Below, one piece after another: positions 16,147 to 26,300 of a DNA stretch of 64,000 nt (its first letter is position 1; each line of letters starts with the position of its first letter). The position numbers and the translations under genes are program-made. Source of the DNA: Patescibacteria group bacterium (GTDB taxonomy: Bacteria; Patescibacteriota; Minisyncoccia; Phycocordibacterales; Phycocordibacteraceae); the NCBI GenBank assembly GCA_019752595.1, contig JAIELV010000001.1, forward strand, positions 56,486 through 120,485. Reading direction: 5' to 3'. The notes below the pieces were generated by a model, which searched no databases, was not told the DNA's origin, and saw nothing but the letters and a program-made list of their open reading frames with translations.

Positions 16147-16175
16147 CGCCCCCGTTGCCAGGGGCGTTTTTTTTT
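16147..16175 (+). terminator. Intrinsic terminator
   Basis: CGCCCC...GGGGCG followed by T9. Confidence 0.8.
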
Positions 16176-16240
16176 GGCATATTGAAATGAACAGCCAAGT
16201 AATAGAATCGGCTGAATTAGATACAACTTAATATACTGAT

Positions 16241-16636
16241 ATGCAGAATAATCAGGACCAGGACTTTCTAGAGTACGTGATTAAAATGCTCGTCGACAAT
16301 CCCGACGATGTTAAGGTTGCACGCCAGGTAGACGAGATGGGCGTCCTTCTGACATTGGATGTTAATCCAGCGGATATGGGCAAGGTTATCGGAAGAAGTG
16401 GTAACACGGCAAAGGCAATTCGCATTTTGCTCCGCGTTGTCGGTATGAAAAATAACGCGCGCGTTAACCTCAAGATTAATGAACCTGCAGGTTCTACTCG
16501 TGGTATGGGTATGGGAGGAGGTCAAAATGGCGGTATGAGTCCGTCGTACGGCTCCACCGTTTCCATGAACGGAGGATCTGAGCAGGGTTCGGTATCCCGC
16601 GGTATCGATGAAGCTCTTGAAGATTTGAAACTCTAA
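16241..16636 (+). CDS. khpA: KH-domain RNA-binding protein (KhpA/YlqC)
   Basis: LVDNPDDV, DMGKVIGRSG; follows rpsP. Confidence 0.92.
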   Translation: MQNNQDQDFLEYVIKMLVDNPDDVKVARQVDEMGVLLTLDVNPADMGKVIGRSGNTAKAIRILLRVVGMKNNARVNLKINEPAGSTRGMGMGGGQNGGMSPSYGSTVSMNGGSEQGSVSRGIDEALEDLKL

Positions 16637-16646
16637 ACTGAAATTT

Positions 16647-16682
16647 AAAAACCCCGCCCTCTTAGAGAGGGCGGGGTTTTTT
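16647..16682. terminator. Intrinsic terminator
   Basis: AAAAACCCCGCCCTCT-T-AGAGAGGGCGGGGTTTTTT (near-perfect inverted repeat). Confidence 0.85.
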
Positions 16683-16732
16683 GTTCTTTTACAAACTTGT
16701 ATAATTACTCATTGTGTGTTATAATATATATA

Positions 16733-17341
16733 ATGAATCCGAGACGAGAAAGACAATTCGCGCACACCATTCCCGAGCGCGACAGGCGTAGTGCGGAAGT
16801 TTCCGAAGAAGGTTTTTTTACGCCGCGTGCTGAAGTGCGTGAAAATTTTGAAACTGTACATATGGCTGGCGGGCCTGATCATCGAGATGCCATAAGAGTT
16901 CTAGGAAAAAAAGCAGGTAGATGGGAATTTCCTGAAGGTTGGGAGAATGACCCAAGAAATAAACCTGCACAAGAACTGCGCGAAAAAAGAGCGCATACGG
17001 TACGAACGATACAAAGTATCTGTGCCTATCTTACTGGCGCGGGTCTTATGAATTTGTTTCAAGTTGAGGGAGCGCGTTTCGCGAATAATGCATTCGCTCC
17101 GTTTGCCCCGTATGCCGCATTCTTTCTCATGGGTGTTGCACTGTCGCGCTTCGAGTCAACTATACACACAAAAGGCCCCATCGGATTTTTGGGCACTATG
17201 TTTTCTGGTTTTGCGGGTCTTGCTGGGGTGCTTACAACGCTGGTCGCTGGGCTTTCGACCCTAACAGGGGCACCAACGCTCGTTGGTGAGGCAGCGGCAT
17301 TTTGGGCAGGTTTTTATGCAGGAAAAAAGTGGAAAGGGTAA
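16733..17341 (+). CDS. Orphan membrane protein
   Basis: Charged N-half, Gly/Ala-rich hydrophobic C-half. Confidence 0.65.
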   Translation: MNPRRERQFAHTIPERDRRSAEVSEEGFFTPRAEVRENFETVHMAGGPDHRDAIRVLGKKAGRWEFPEGWENDPRNKPAQELREKRAHTVRTIQSICAYLTGAGLMNLFQVEGARFANNAFAPFAPYAAFFLMGVALSRFESTIHTKGPIGFLGTMFSGFAGLAGVLTTLVAGLSTLTGAPTLVGEAAAFWAGFYAGKKWKG

Positions 17342-17366
17342 TTTTATTTCGTGTACAATTTTTACT

Positions 17367-17567
17367 ATGATTAGAATCGGAGGAGGTGATGGACCAAGAA
17401 GAGTGAATCCCATTGAGCCTGGCGGTAGGGCAGGCGACAAAAAAAGAGATGAGCCAGTTCGCGCTCCTGTGCCTGCGAAAAAACCTGAAGGTGAAGAGGC
17501 TGTTGAGCCACGTCCGCGTCGATTACCTGACCCTGGCACAGGCGAAAATATCGATATAGAGGTGTAG
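17367..17567 (+). CDS. Small Pro/charged hypothetical protein
   Basis: TACAAT upstream of the ATG; ends GENIDIEV. Confidence 0.5.
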   Translation: MIRIGGGDGPRRVNPIEPGGRAGDKKRDEPVRAPVPAKKPEGEEAVEPRPRRLPDPGTGENIDIEV

Positions 17568-17602
17568 TTGAATTTTCTATAAAAACGTTGCATAGTCCAT
17601 AG

Positions 17603-17935
17603 ATGGCGCGAGAAAGAGAAAGGGGCTATAGGCCATCTTGGGACGTTCTCGGAACTGCAGCTGGCGTTACACTCGCTACGTGGGCATTTCGGGACCAAGG
17701 TGCGGCGGTATGGGTTGGTGTTTCCACTTTACCTGCAGTCGTCGCTGGCTTACTGAACAAAAGGAAATTCGCCTATTCCGTTCTGATCGGTTCTGGTGGT
17801 TCCGCAGTTACAGGCGATGGATTGGCATATTTTGCTATGTCATGTGTAGCTGCTTTTTTTGGAAGTGTTGCGTACGTAAACCGAACAAAACATACAAATT
17901 ACGATCATCGTGATGACGGAGAGGATATACACTAG
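17603..17935 (+). CDS. Small membrane protein
   Basis: Hydrophobic segments; stop 5 nt before trmD. Confidence 0.6.
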   Translation: MARERERGYRPSWDVLGTAAGVTLATWAFRDQGAAVWVGVSTLPAVVAGLLNKRKFAYSVLIGSGGSAVTGDGLAYFAMSCVAAFFGSVAYVNRTKHTNYDHRDDGEDIH

Positions 17936-17940
17936 GTTTT

Positions 17941-18585
17941 ATGAACTTCCACGTCGTTACACTTTTTCCCGAGTCGTTTGATTCTTACATCAACGCTTCC
18001 ATTATTGGACGCGCGGTTCGTGAAAAGAAAATAAAAGTTAAGTTCTACAATCCGCGTGATTTCACGGCTGATAAATTTCAACGTGTTGATCGCCGTCCGT
18101 ACGGAGGTGGCCCAGGAATGGTTCTTGAGCCTGAATCAATACTGAAAGCAGTTCAGAAAGCGCTCGGAAAAAAGAAAGGTGTTGTGTATTTTTTTGATAC
18201 TTCAGGAAAACAATTTACAAATATTGAGGCACGCTCGCTCGCGAAGAAAACGAAAGATATCGTTTTCATTTGCGGTCACTATGAAGGCGTTGACGCTCGC
18301 GTGCAGAAGATACTCAAGGCAAAGAAAATTTCCGTGGGTCCGTATACGCTGACGGGAGGAGAATTACCCGCAATGCTCGTTATTGATGCGGTATCACGCC
18401 AGATCCCTGGAGTTCTGGGAAAGTTTGAGTCAGTAGAAGAGGAGCGTGTTGCAAGTGCCGAAGTGTATACGCGTCCAGAAATTTTTGTGTGGAAAGGGAA
18501 GAAATATCGCGTACCGAAAGTGCTTCTCTCAGGAAATCACGCAAAAATTGATGAGTGGAAAACGAGGGCTCGTAAAAACGTATAA
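17941..18585 (+). CDS. trmD: tRNA (guanine37-N1)-methyltransferase
   Basis: VTLFPE, PYGGGPGM, CGHYEGVD, LTGGEL, YTRP, LLSGNH. Confidence 0.97.
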   Translation: MNFHVVTLFPESFDSYINASIIGRAVREKKIKVKFYNPRDFTADKFQRVDRRPYGGGPGMVLEPESILKAVQKALGKKKGVVYFFDTSGKQFTNIEARSLAKKTKDIVFICGHYEGVDARVQKILKAKKISVGPYTLTGGELPAMLVIDAVSRQIPGVLGKFESVEEERVASAEVYTRPEIFVWKGKKYRVPKVLLSGNHAKIDEWKTRARKNV

Positions 18586-18588
18586 CGT

Positions 18589-19557
18589 ATGTCAAAGTCA
18601 TTCACCCCAGAATCAATTCGTCCTCCTGAAGATATACGCTGGCATCTCGCAAAACGAACGGACATAAGTCCAATCGTACGGAGAGTAAAGCGAGGAGAAA
18701 AAATTCTTGAAACTCGCTCCGTTCATCCTGAGGATAGGTCTGAGGCTCGACGTATTTGGGATGCTGTAAAACCCCAGCGCTCTGCATTTCACGCGCTCTT
18801 CATAGAAGAGGCATTTGCAATGATGAAGCTTGAAAATAATGCAGGTGAAGTCCCTGAAGACCCCCGCCAGGCGCTCAGGGCATTGAAAAGTTTTACGGGA
18901 GGTATACTGTATTCAAGTTTTACTCGTCTCGTACATCAATTACGAAATCCTGAGCGACCGCTTGCGGAACATAATCCCGAATTGCAGACGGCCTTTAACG
19001 CATATTCTCCTTTAATGGAGATGTATCAAGTTTATTTGGCAGACGAACGGGCGCAGGTACGTACCGCAGAGCTTTTACTTCTCGGTTCAGGTGTAAAGAC
19101 GGGGATAGAGATGACCTGGGCAACCGTTGAGGCGTTACCCATTCTTGCGAAACAGCAAGGAATTACTCTCACGGTTACGGAAGCGCGCGCGTGCCTGGAG
19201 CCCGCGTTACGAGCCACAGCTCTTACAGGAACGGGATTTAATCTCGAGCACATGGGAGAAATCTTGAAGCACATGTTCATTCAAGACAGGACAACCGGGG
19301 AGCACTCAGTAGACCCTACATTTTTTATTTTGCAGAAGACGGGCACAGGATACACGCTCGGTTTTAACTGGCAGAAAATACGTTCCCTCGAGCATCCGCT
19401 CGGAGGTCCGCTTTTTTCTACTGATGCTCAGACAGTCACTACGGGGTGCCCCATACGTCATGCGAGAGGAAGTGACGGTAGGGAAGTTCTCCATTCGTAT
19501 TTTGAGTGGGTTTTGGATTTAGCGGAAAAATCATTTCTCCCCAAGGTCTGCGCATAG
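18589..19557 (+). CDS. Hypothetical protein
   Basis: 322-aa ORF; C-terminal GCP motif; family not recognised. Confidence 0.75.
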   Translation: MSKSFTPESIRPPEDIRWHLAKRTDISPIVRRVKRGEKILETRSVHPEDRSEARRIWDAVKPQRSAFHALFIEEAFAMMKLENNAGEVPEDPRQALRALKSFTGGILYSSFTRLVHQLRNPERPLAEHNPELQTAFNAYSPLMEMYQVYLADERAQVRTAELLLLGSGVKTGIEMTWATVEALPILAKQQGITLTVTEARACLEPALRATALTGTGFNLEHMGEILKHMFIQDRTTGEHSVDPTFFILQKTGTGYTLGFNWQKIRSLEHPLGGPLFSTDAQTVTTGCPIRHARGSDGREVLHSYFEWVLDLAEKSFLPKVCA

Positions 19558-19633
19558 CTTACTGATGTGATTCCTCAAGTCAAAAAAATAAAAAAATTTG
19601 CGAAATGAATTCTGATGCGGTAGTGTCAGAGTA

Positions 19634-19903
19634 ATGACAGGAAAAGACAGACGCGTTACAGGGTTCCCGCTTATACCGCGTGAGATACCCGAACACAAAA
19701 TGCCTTTTGTCGAGACGTTTACCCAAAGAATCTTGGCGGGGCTCTCAAAAGAGATAGCAACACTAGATCCTGAAACGCAGAGGGCGGAGGTGGGTAACAT
19801 TATCTATCACGATCTTCACGATGAGGGTTTTGACGACAGGCTGATAATCACCGTACGAGAACTAATTGTGGCTGAATTGAGGCAGCCTAAAAGAGGGGAA
19901 TAA
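19634..19903 (+). CDS. Small hypothetical protein
   Basis: 89-aa ORF. Confidence 0.55.
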   Translation: MTGKDRRVTGFPLIPREIPEHKMPFVETFTQRILAGLSKEIATLDPETQRAEVGNIIYHDLHDEGFDDRLIITVRELIVAELRQPKRGE

Positions 19904-19908
19904 CCCAG

Positions 19909-20150
19909 TTGACGCGCCGTACGCATCGGGGGTATACTCCTGTGTAACCACTTTTGATTGTGTTTTGAGGGGCGGTGGCGTTTAAATAATCAAGTCCGAG
20001 AAAGCGAGACGCGCTTTTTGTGCGTTTCGTTGGCATCTTGTCTGAACAACAAATGCACTTGGATTTTCTAAAACGGGATACCGTTAAGAAAATCTCGGCG
20101 TGTGTTTTTTTATCAGCGTCTATTACCAATAGCACTCTTAATTAACAGTC
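19909..20150 (+). promoter_or_regulatory. rpoB promoter and long structured 5' leader
   Basis: TTGACG-N18-TATACT, then about 200 nt with several stems. Confidence 0.6.
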
Positions 20151-23100
20151 ATGCAAAAGCCACTCCCTCAGAAGCGTTTCTCCAGACACCGCGAGCCCAT
20201 GGTCCCCATGCCGGACTTGGTCGCGCCACAGGTCGCCAGCTTCCGCGCATTCATTGCGGACGGACTGAAAGACCTCTTCAAAGAATTTTCACCTATCGTC
20301 GATTATTCGAAAAAGAAATTTGAACTCGAGTTCGTTTCTTTCGAAATCGGAGAGCCGAAGGTAGATGAATACGGAGCAAAGGAAAATAAACTGACTTATG
20401 ACGCACCCTTGAAGGCGCAGATTCGCCTCACGAACAAAACTGCAGGCACGAAAAAAGAGCAAACTATTTTCCTTGCAGATTTCCCGATAATGACCGAGCA
20501 CGGTACGTTCGTGATAAACGGCGTAGAGCGCGTCATTGTTCCTCAGCTCGCACGTTCATTCGGTGTCTTTTTCGCTGCAGGTGAATCACGAAACAAGATT
20601 TGTTTCGGTGCAAAAGTGATTCCTGCTCGTGGCGCATGGATTGAAATCGATTCAGAGTCGGACGGTGCTATCTACGTAAAAATTGACCGCAAGCGCAAAT
20701 TCCCAATCACTACACTCCTCCGCATTTTGGGCGCATCTTTTGACCGCGACATGCTCACGTTGTTTGAGCGCATTCCAGGAGGTAAAGCGTCGATTCAGGC
20801 ATCACTTGAAAAGGATTCCGCAAAGACGATTGAACAGGCATATATAGAGATATACCGCCGCCTCCGCGACGGCGACTTGGCAACCCCTGATACCGCACGT
20901 GAATACGTTAAGGGCATTTTCTCAGGCGAGCGCTACGACCTCTCATACCCTGGTCGTCACCGATTCAATCAGCGCTTCAACCGTTCGATGGACAAAAAGG
21001 ACCTCGAAGAGCGCACGCTTTCTTTGGACGACATCGTTCTTATTGTTTCTCACATCATTGAGCTCAACAACACTCCTGGTGCTGAAGGCGATGACATCGA
21101 CCACCTCGGTTTCCGCCGCGTGAGACAGGTGGGTGAACTTTTGGAAGCACGCGTTCGCGTTGGTCTTTCTCGTATGAAGAGAAATATCCAGGACAAGATG
21201 TCGACGATTGATATCGAAACCCAACTTCCAACTGCGTTGGTGAACCCGCGCCCTCTTGCCGCTGCAATCAAAGAATTCTTTACTGCAAACCAGCTGTCAC
21301 AGCTCGCGGCGCAGCAAAACATTTTGGACGAGCTTGAAAACCTGCGCACCGTATCAGCGCTCGGTCCTGGCGGTCTTACGCGCGAACGTGCAGGCTTTGA
21401 AGTCCGCGACGTGCACACCAGCCACTACGGCCGTTTGTGCCCAATTCAAACTCCTGAAGGACAGAACATCGGTCTTATTTTGCGTCTCGCAACATACGCT
21501 CGTATCAACGATTTCGGATTGATTGAAACGCCATACGCAAAAGTCGTGAACGGCAAAGTGACGGACGACATTGTCTACTTGAATGCATTCGAAGAAGAAC
21601 AGCATCCGATTGCGCATGCTGCTGTGAAAATTTCACCTGACGGAAAATTGCTTGATGCATACGTTGAGTGCCGCTTGAGAGGTGAACCAGTTCTTACGGA
21701 GCCGAATGAAGTGAAGTACATGGACATCGCTACCAATCAGATGTTCTCAATCGCAACATCAATGATTCCGTTCGTTGAGAATGACGATGCAAACCGCGCA
21801 TTGATGGGTTCAAACATGCAGAAGCAGGCAACGCCGTGCGTTGTGCCTGAAGTACCGATTGTTGCAACGGGTATTGAAGAAATGGCAGCTAGGGACACGG
21901 GGCGCTTGCTCTACGCAAAGGAAGCAGGAACCGTTACCGCAGTCGACTCGAAGAAAATTGTAGTCACGGATGACAAAGGCAAGAAGCACGAGTACACGCT
22001 TGTGCCTCTTTCGATGACGAACGAATTTTCAGCATTCAATCATCGCCCCGCAGTAAATCTTGGTAAGAAGGTGAAGCGCGGAGATTTGCTCGCAGACACA
22101 TCATCAACCGCAAACGGACAGTTGGCCTTGGGTCAGAACGTGCGCGTGGCGTTCATGTCATGGAGCGGTGCAAACTACGAAGACGCAATCATCATCTCGG
22201 AGCGATTGGTGCAGAACAACAAGTTCTCAACTATCCACATTGAAGAATTCGAAGTTGCGGTTCGCGACACAAAGCTTGGTCCCGAGGTGACGACGCCTGA
22301 CATACCAAACGTTTCAGAAACGAAACTCAGAAACCTTGATGAAGAGGGTGTTATTCGCGTTGGTGCGGAGGTCCGCCCTGGCGACATTCTTGTCGGTAAA
22401 GTAACGCCAAAAGGTGAAACACAGCTCACGCCTGAAGAACGTCTCTTGCGCTCTATCTTCGGCGATAAAGCTAAGGACGTGAAAGACACATCGCTTCGCA
22501 TGGAAGGAGGAAAGCGCGGTCGCGTTATTGGCGTGCGCGTATTTTCACGCGAGCGTGGTGACACATTGGAATCTGGAACGATAAAGAAAATTTACATTAC
22601 GATTGCACAGCTTCGAAACGTATCAGTGGGCGACAAGCTTGCAGGACGTCACGGAAACAAGGGTGTTATTTCACGCGTGCTTCCAGTTGAAGACATGCCG
22701 TACTCAGAAGACGGTCAGCCCATTGATGTCATTTTGACTCCTTTGGGCGTTCCGAGCCGTATGAACTTGGGCCAGATATTGGAGATGCACTTGGGTCTTG
22801 CAGCACACACGCTTGGGTATCAAGCAATCATTCCTCCGTTTACAGGTGCAACAGAAGCTGAAATTCGTTCTGAACTCGAGACTGCAGGTTTTCCTCCATC
22901 AGGCACGATGAATTTGTTTGACGGAAGAACGGGAGAAAGATTTGAGCAACAGATTGCGGTCGGGTACATGTACATCTTGAAATTGCACCACATGGTGGAA
23001 GACAAGATACACATGCGCTCAATCGGTCCGTACTCTCTTATTACGCAACAGCCACTTGGAGGAAAAGCACAAAACGGAGGTCAGCGATTCGGAGAGATGG

Positions 23101-23360
23101 AAGTGTGGGCACTTCTGGGTTACGGGGCAGCATACACGCTTCGCGAAATGCTCACGATTAAGTCAGACGATATTCAGGGAAGAAGCGCCGCATTCGATGC
23201 CATTGTGAAACAGAAACCGATTGAACTTTCGAACACCCCTGCAGCATTCAACGTCTTGGTGAACCACTTACGAGGATTGTGTCTTGACGTCATTCTTGGA
23301 AAACCAGGAGGGGATGAAATTAGTAGCCCGCGCGGAAGGCGCTCATCAAATTCTAACTAA
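20151..23360 (+). CDS. rpoB: RNA polymerase beta subunit
   Basis: INGVERV, GRLCPIQTPEG, GDKLAGRHGNKG, GGQRFGEMEVW. Confidence 0.99.
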   Translation: MQKPLPQKRFSRHREPMVPMPDLVAPQVASFRAFIADGLKDLFKEFSPIVDYSKKKFELEFVSFEIGEPKVDEYGAKENKLTYDAPLKAQIRLTNKTAGTKKEQTIFLADFPIMTEHGTFVINGVERVIVPQLARSFGVFFAAGESRNKICFGAKVIPARGAWIEIDSESDGAIYVKIDRKRKFPITTLLRILGASFDRDMLTLFERIPGGKASIQASLEKDSAKTIEQAYIEIYRRLRDGDLATPDTAREYVKGIFSGERYDLSYPGRHRFNQRFNRSMDKKDLEERTLSLDDIVLIVSHIIELNNTPGAEGDDIDHLGFRRVRQVGELLEARVRVGLSRMKRNIQDKMSTIDIETQLPTALVNPRPLAAAIKEFFTANQLSQLAAQQNILDELENLRTVSALGPGGLTRERAGFEVRDVHTSHYGRLCPIQTPEGQNIGLILRLATYARINDFGLIETPYAKVVNGKVTDDIVYLNAFEEEQHPIAHAAVKISPDGKLLDAYVECRLRGEPVLTEPNEVKYMDIATNQMFSIATSMIPFVENDDANRALMGSNMQKQATPCVVPEVPIVATGIEEMAARDTGRLLYAKEAGTVTAVDSKKIVVTDDKGKKHEYTLVPLSMTNEFSAFNHRPAVNLGKKVKRGDLLADTSSTANGQLALGQNVRVAFMSWSGANYEDAIIISERLVQNNKFSTIHIEEFEVAVRDTKLGPEVTTPDIPNVSETKLRNLDEEGVIRVGAEVRPGDILVGKVTPKGETQLTPEERLLRSIFGDKAKDVKDTSLRMEGGKRGRVIGVRVFSRERGDTLESGTIKKIYITIAQLRNVSVGDKLAGRHGNKGVISRVLPVEDMPYSEDGQPIDVILTPLGVPSRMNLGQILEMHLGLAAHTLGYQAIIPPFTGATEAEIRSELETAGFPPSGTMNLFDGRTGERFEQQIAVGYMYILKLHHMVEDKIHMRSIGPYSLITQQPLGGKAQNGGQRFGEMEVWALLGYGAAYTLREMLTIKSDDIQGRSAAFDAIVKQKPIELSNTPAAFNVLVNHLRGLCLDVILGKPGGDEISSPRGRRSSNSN

Positions 23361-23365
23361 CGCGT

Positions 23366-26300
23366 ATGGATCAAAAAAAAGGAAAAATAATTGATACGTC
23401 GCGCTTTGATTGGATTGCACTCAAGGTTGCAAGTCCTGAGCGCATTTTGGATTGGTCGTGGGGCGAAATCCGCAAACCTGAAACGATTAACTATCGTACG
23501 CAACGTTCTGAAAAAGACGGTTTGTTTGATGAGCGCATTTTCGGTCCTGAGCGCGACTTCGAATGTTACTGCGGTAAATACAAAGGCCCTCGTTTCCGTG
23601 GAATTATCTGCGAGAAATGTGGTGTTGAAGTTACTCGCTCTATCGTTCGTCGTGACCGCATGGGCCACATTGAACTGGCGACCCCTGTTGCGCACATTTG
23701 GTTCTTGCGCTCGGTTCCTTCACGAATCGCACTCATTCTTGGTACCTCTGCTATTGATGCAGAAAAAGTTGTCTATTTTGCAGGCTATATCGTCACCAAA
23801 CTTCACACTGAAGAGCGCGACCGCCTCTTGCGTGAACTCGAATCCGAATACAAAGCGAAAGTAAAAGCGGTGACGAATGACAAAGCGCAGACAGAACTCA
23901 AGTCATTGATGACTGCGGCAAAAGCTGATATTGATCGCATTCGTCCTGGCGTTGTCTTGGACGAGATGGAGTACCACCGTTTCTCGGTAAAATACGGCAC
24001 ATTCTTTGAAGCAGGTATCGGCGCAGAAGCTATCTACACCATATTTAAGGGTCTCGATATGGATAAGCTCGCGAAAGAGCTTGAAACCAATCTTTTGAAG
24101 GCAGGTGCTGCAGAGCGCGAAAAATTGAACAAGCGATTGTCGCTGGTTCGTTCAATGATTAAGGCAAACGTTCGCCCTGAGTGGATGTTTCTGACACGCA
24201 TTCCTGTTACTCCTCCTGCCCTTCGTCCGATGGTTGCTCTTGAGTCAGGCCGTCACGCAACTTCAGACGTCAACGACCTCTACCGCCGCGTAATTAACCG
24301 CAACAACCGTTTGATGAAGTTGCGTGATATTTCAGCTCCTGAAGTAATTCTCCGAAACGAAAAACGCATTCTTCAGGAAGCTGTTGACGCACTTTTGGAC
24401 AACACTATCCGCCGAGGCGGTGCGGCATTCTCCGCACAAAGTCAGGCACAGCGCCGACCGCTTAAGTCTCTTGCTGACTACCTTAAATCAAAGCAAGGAT
24501 ACTTCCGCTTTAACCTTCTTGGTAAGCGTGTCGACTATTCAGGTCGCTCCGTAATTGTCGTCGGTCCTGACTTGGACTTGGACGAATGTGGTCTTCCGAA
24601 GAAAATGGCACTTGAGCTTTTCCGCCCGTTTGTTATTGCAAAACTATTGGATCGTGAACTTGCACACAACATTCGCGGTGCAGGACGATTGATTGAAGAA
24701 GGAATTCCAGAAGTGTGGGCAATTCTTGAAGAGGTGATTAAGGGTAAGCACGTTCTTTTGAACCGCGCACCGACATTGCACCGTCAGGGTATTCAGGCGT
24801 TCCGCCCGCGCCTCATTGAAGGTAACGCTATTCAGTTGCATCCGTTGGTGTGTCCTGCGTTTAACGCAGACTTCGACGGCGACCAAATGGCCGTACACGT
24901 GCCGTTGTCCGAGGAAGCTCAGATGGAAGCTGCAACGATTATGTCAGCAGCTAGAAACGTGTTGAAGCCGGGCTCAGGCCAGCCAGTTATTTTCGAGAAG
25001 CCCTTGGATATTGCTCTCGGTATTTACTGGATGACACGCGATAAATCAGGCGAGAAGGGTGAAGGTAAATTCTTCCCAAGTCCGAACGCAGCTATTCTTG
25101 CGTACGATTTCGGTGACGTTGGTATTCACGCAAAAATTTTGGTTGAACCAACTGAAGGTAATGCAAAATATGCACAGTTTAAAGGACAGCGCTTCGAGAC
25201 CACTATCGGACGCCTCTTGTTTAACTCTGCGCTTCCAAAGGATTACCCGTACATTAATTCCGAAGTCCGCAAGAAGGAGCTTTCGAAACTTGTTGATGAT
25301 GTCATCAAGGTGTACGGACTCCAGCAAACGCCAAAAATCTTGGACAAGATTAAGCACTACGGATTCCAGTTCGCGACACGCTCAGGTGTTTCATTCTCAT
25401 TCGATGACCTTGCAGTTCCTGAGGCAAAGAAGAAAATCATCCACGATGCCCGCACGGAAGCGCAAGAAATTTCTGACCAGTATGAAAACGGTCTTTTGAC
25501 TGCAGACGAGAAGCTTCGCCTTACGGTTGAAGTATGGCAGAAAGCTATCGGCGACATAGAAAAAGAAATTCTTCCTGCCTTGGATAAAAACTCATCGGTC
25601 TACACGATGGTGGTTTCAGGTGCCCGAGGTTCTGCTCGCCAGCTCTCGCAGATGGCAGGTATGAAAGGCTTGGTGACAAACACCAAAGGAGAAGTCATTG
25701 AATTCCCAGTCGTATCTTCAATGAAAGAAGGTTTGACGCCGACAGAATATTTCACCACGACTCACGGTTCACGAAAAGGTTTGACCGACACCGCGCTCAA
25801 AACTGCGCACGCAGGATACCTCACGCGCCGACTGTTCGATGTTGCGCAGGACATTACCGTTTCTGTTGATGACTGTGGTGCGAAAGCGGGTATTACGGTT
25901 CGCCGTATCCGTCCTTCAGGTATCGAAGCAGATCTTGCGAAATTGATTGTTGGTCGCGTATTGGCGCGCGAAGTTGAGGCAGGAGGAAAAACCTTTAAGA
26001 AAGGCACACTCCTCAACATTGAAGAAGCGAAAATGATTGCAGCAACTGATATTGCTGAAGTCGCAGTACGCTCGCCGATGGGTTGTATCGCTGAAAAAGG
26101 TATTTGTCAGAAATGCTATGGCGCAGACCTCGCGACGCGCGAATTGATTGATATTGGTGAAGCGGTCGGTACGATTGCCGCACAAGCTATCGGTGAACCA
26201 GGAACTCAGCTCACTATGCGTACTTTCCACACAGGAGGTGTGGCTACAATTGGCGGCGACATTACGCACGGTCTTCCGCGCGTTGAAGAGCTCTTCGATA

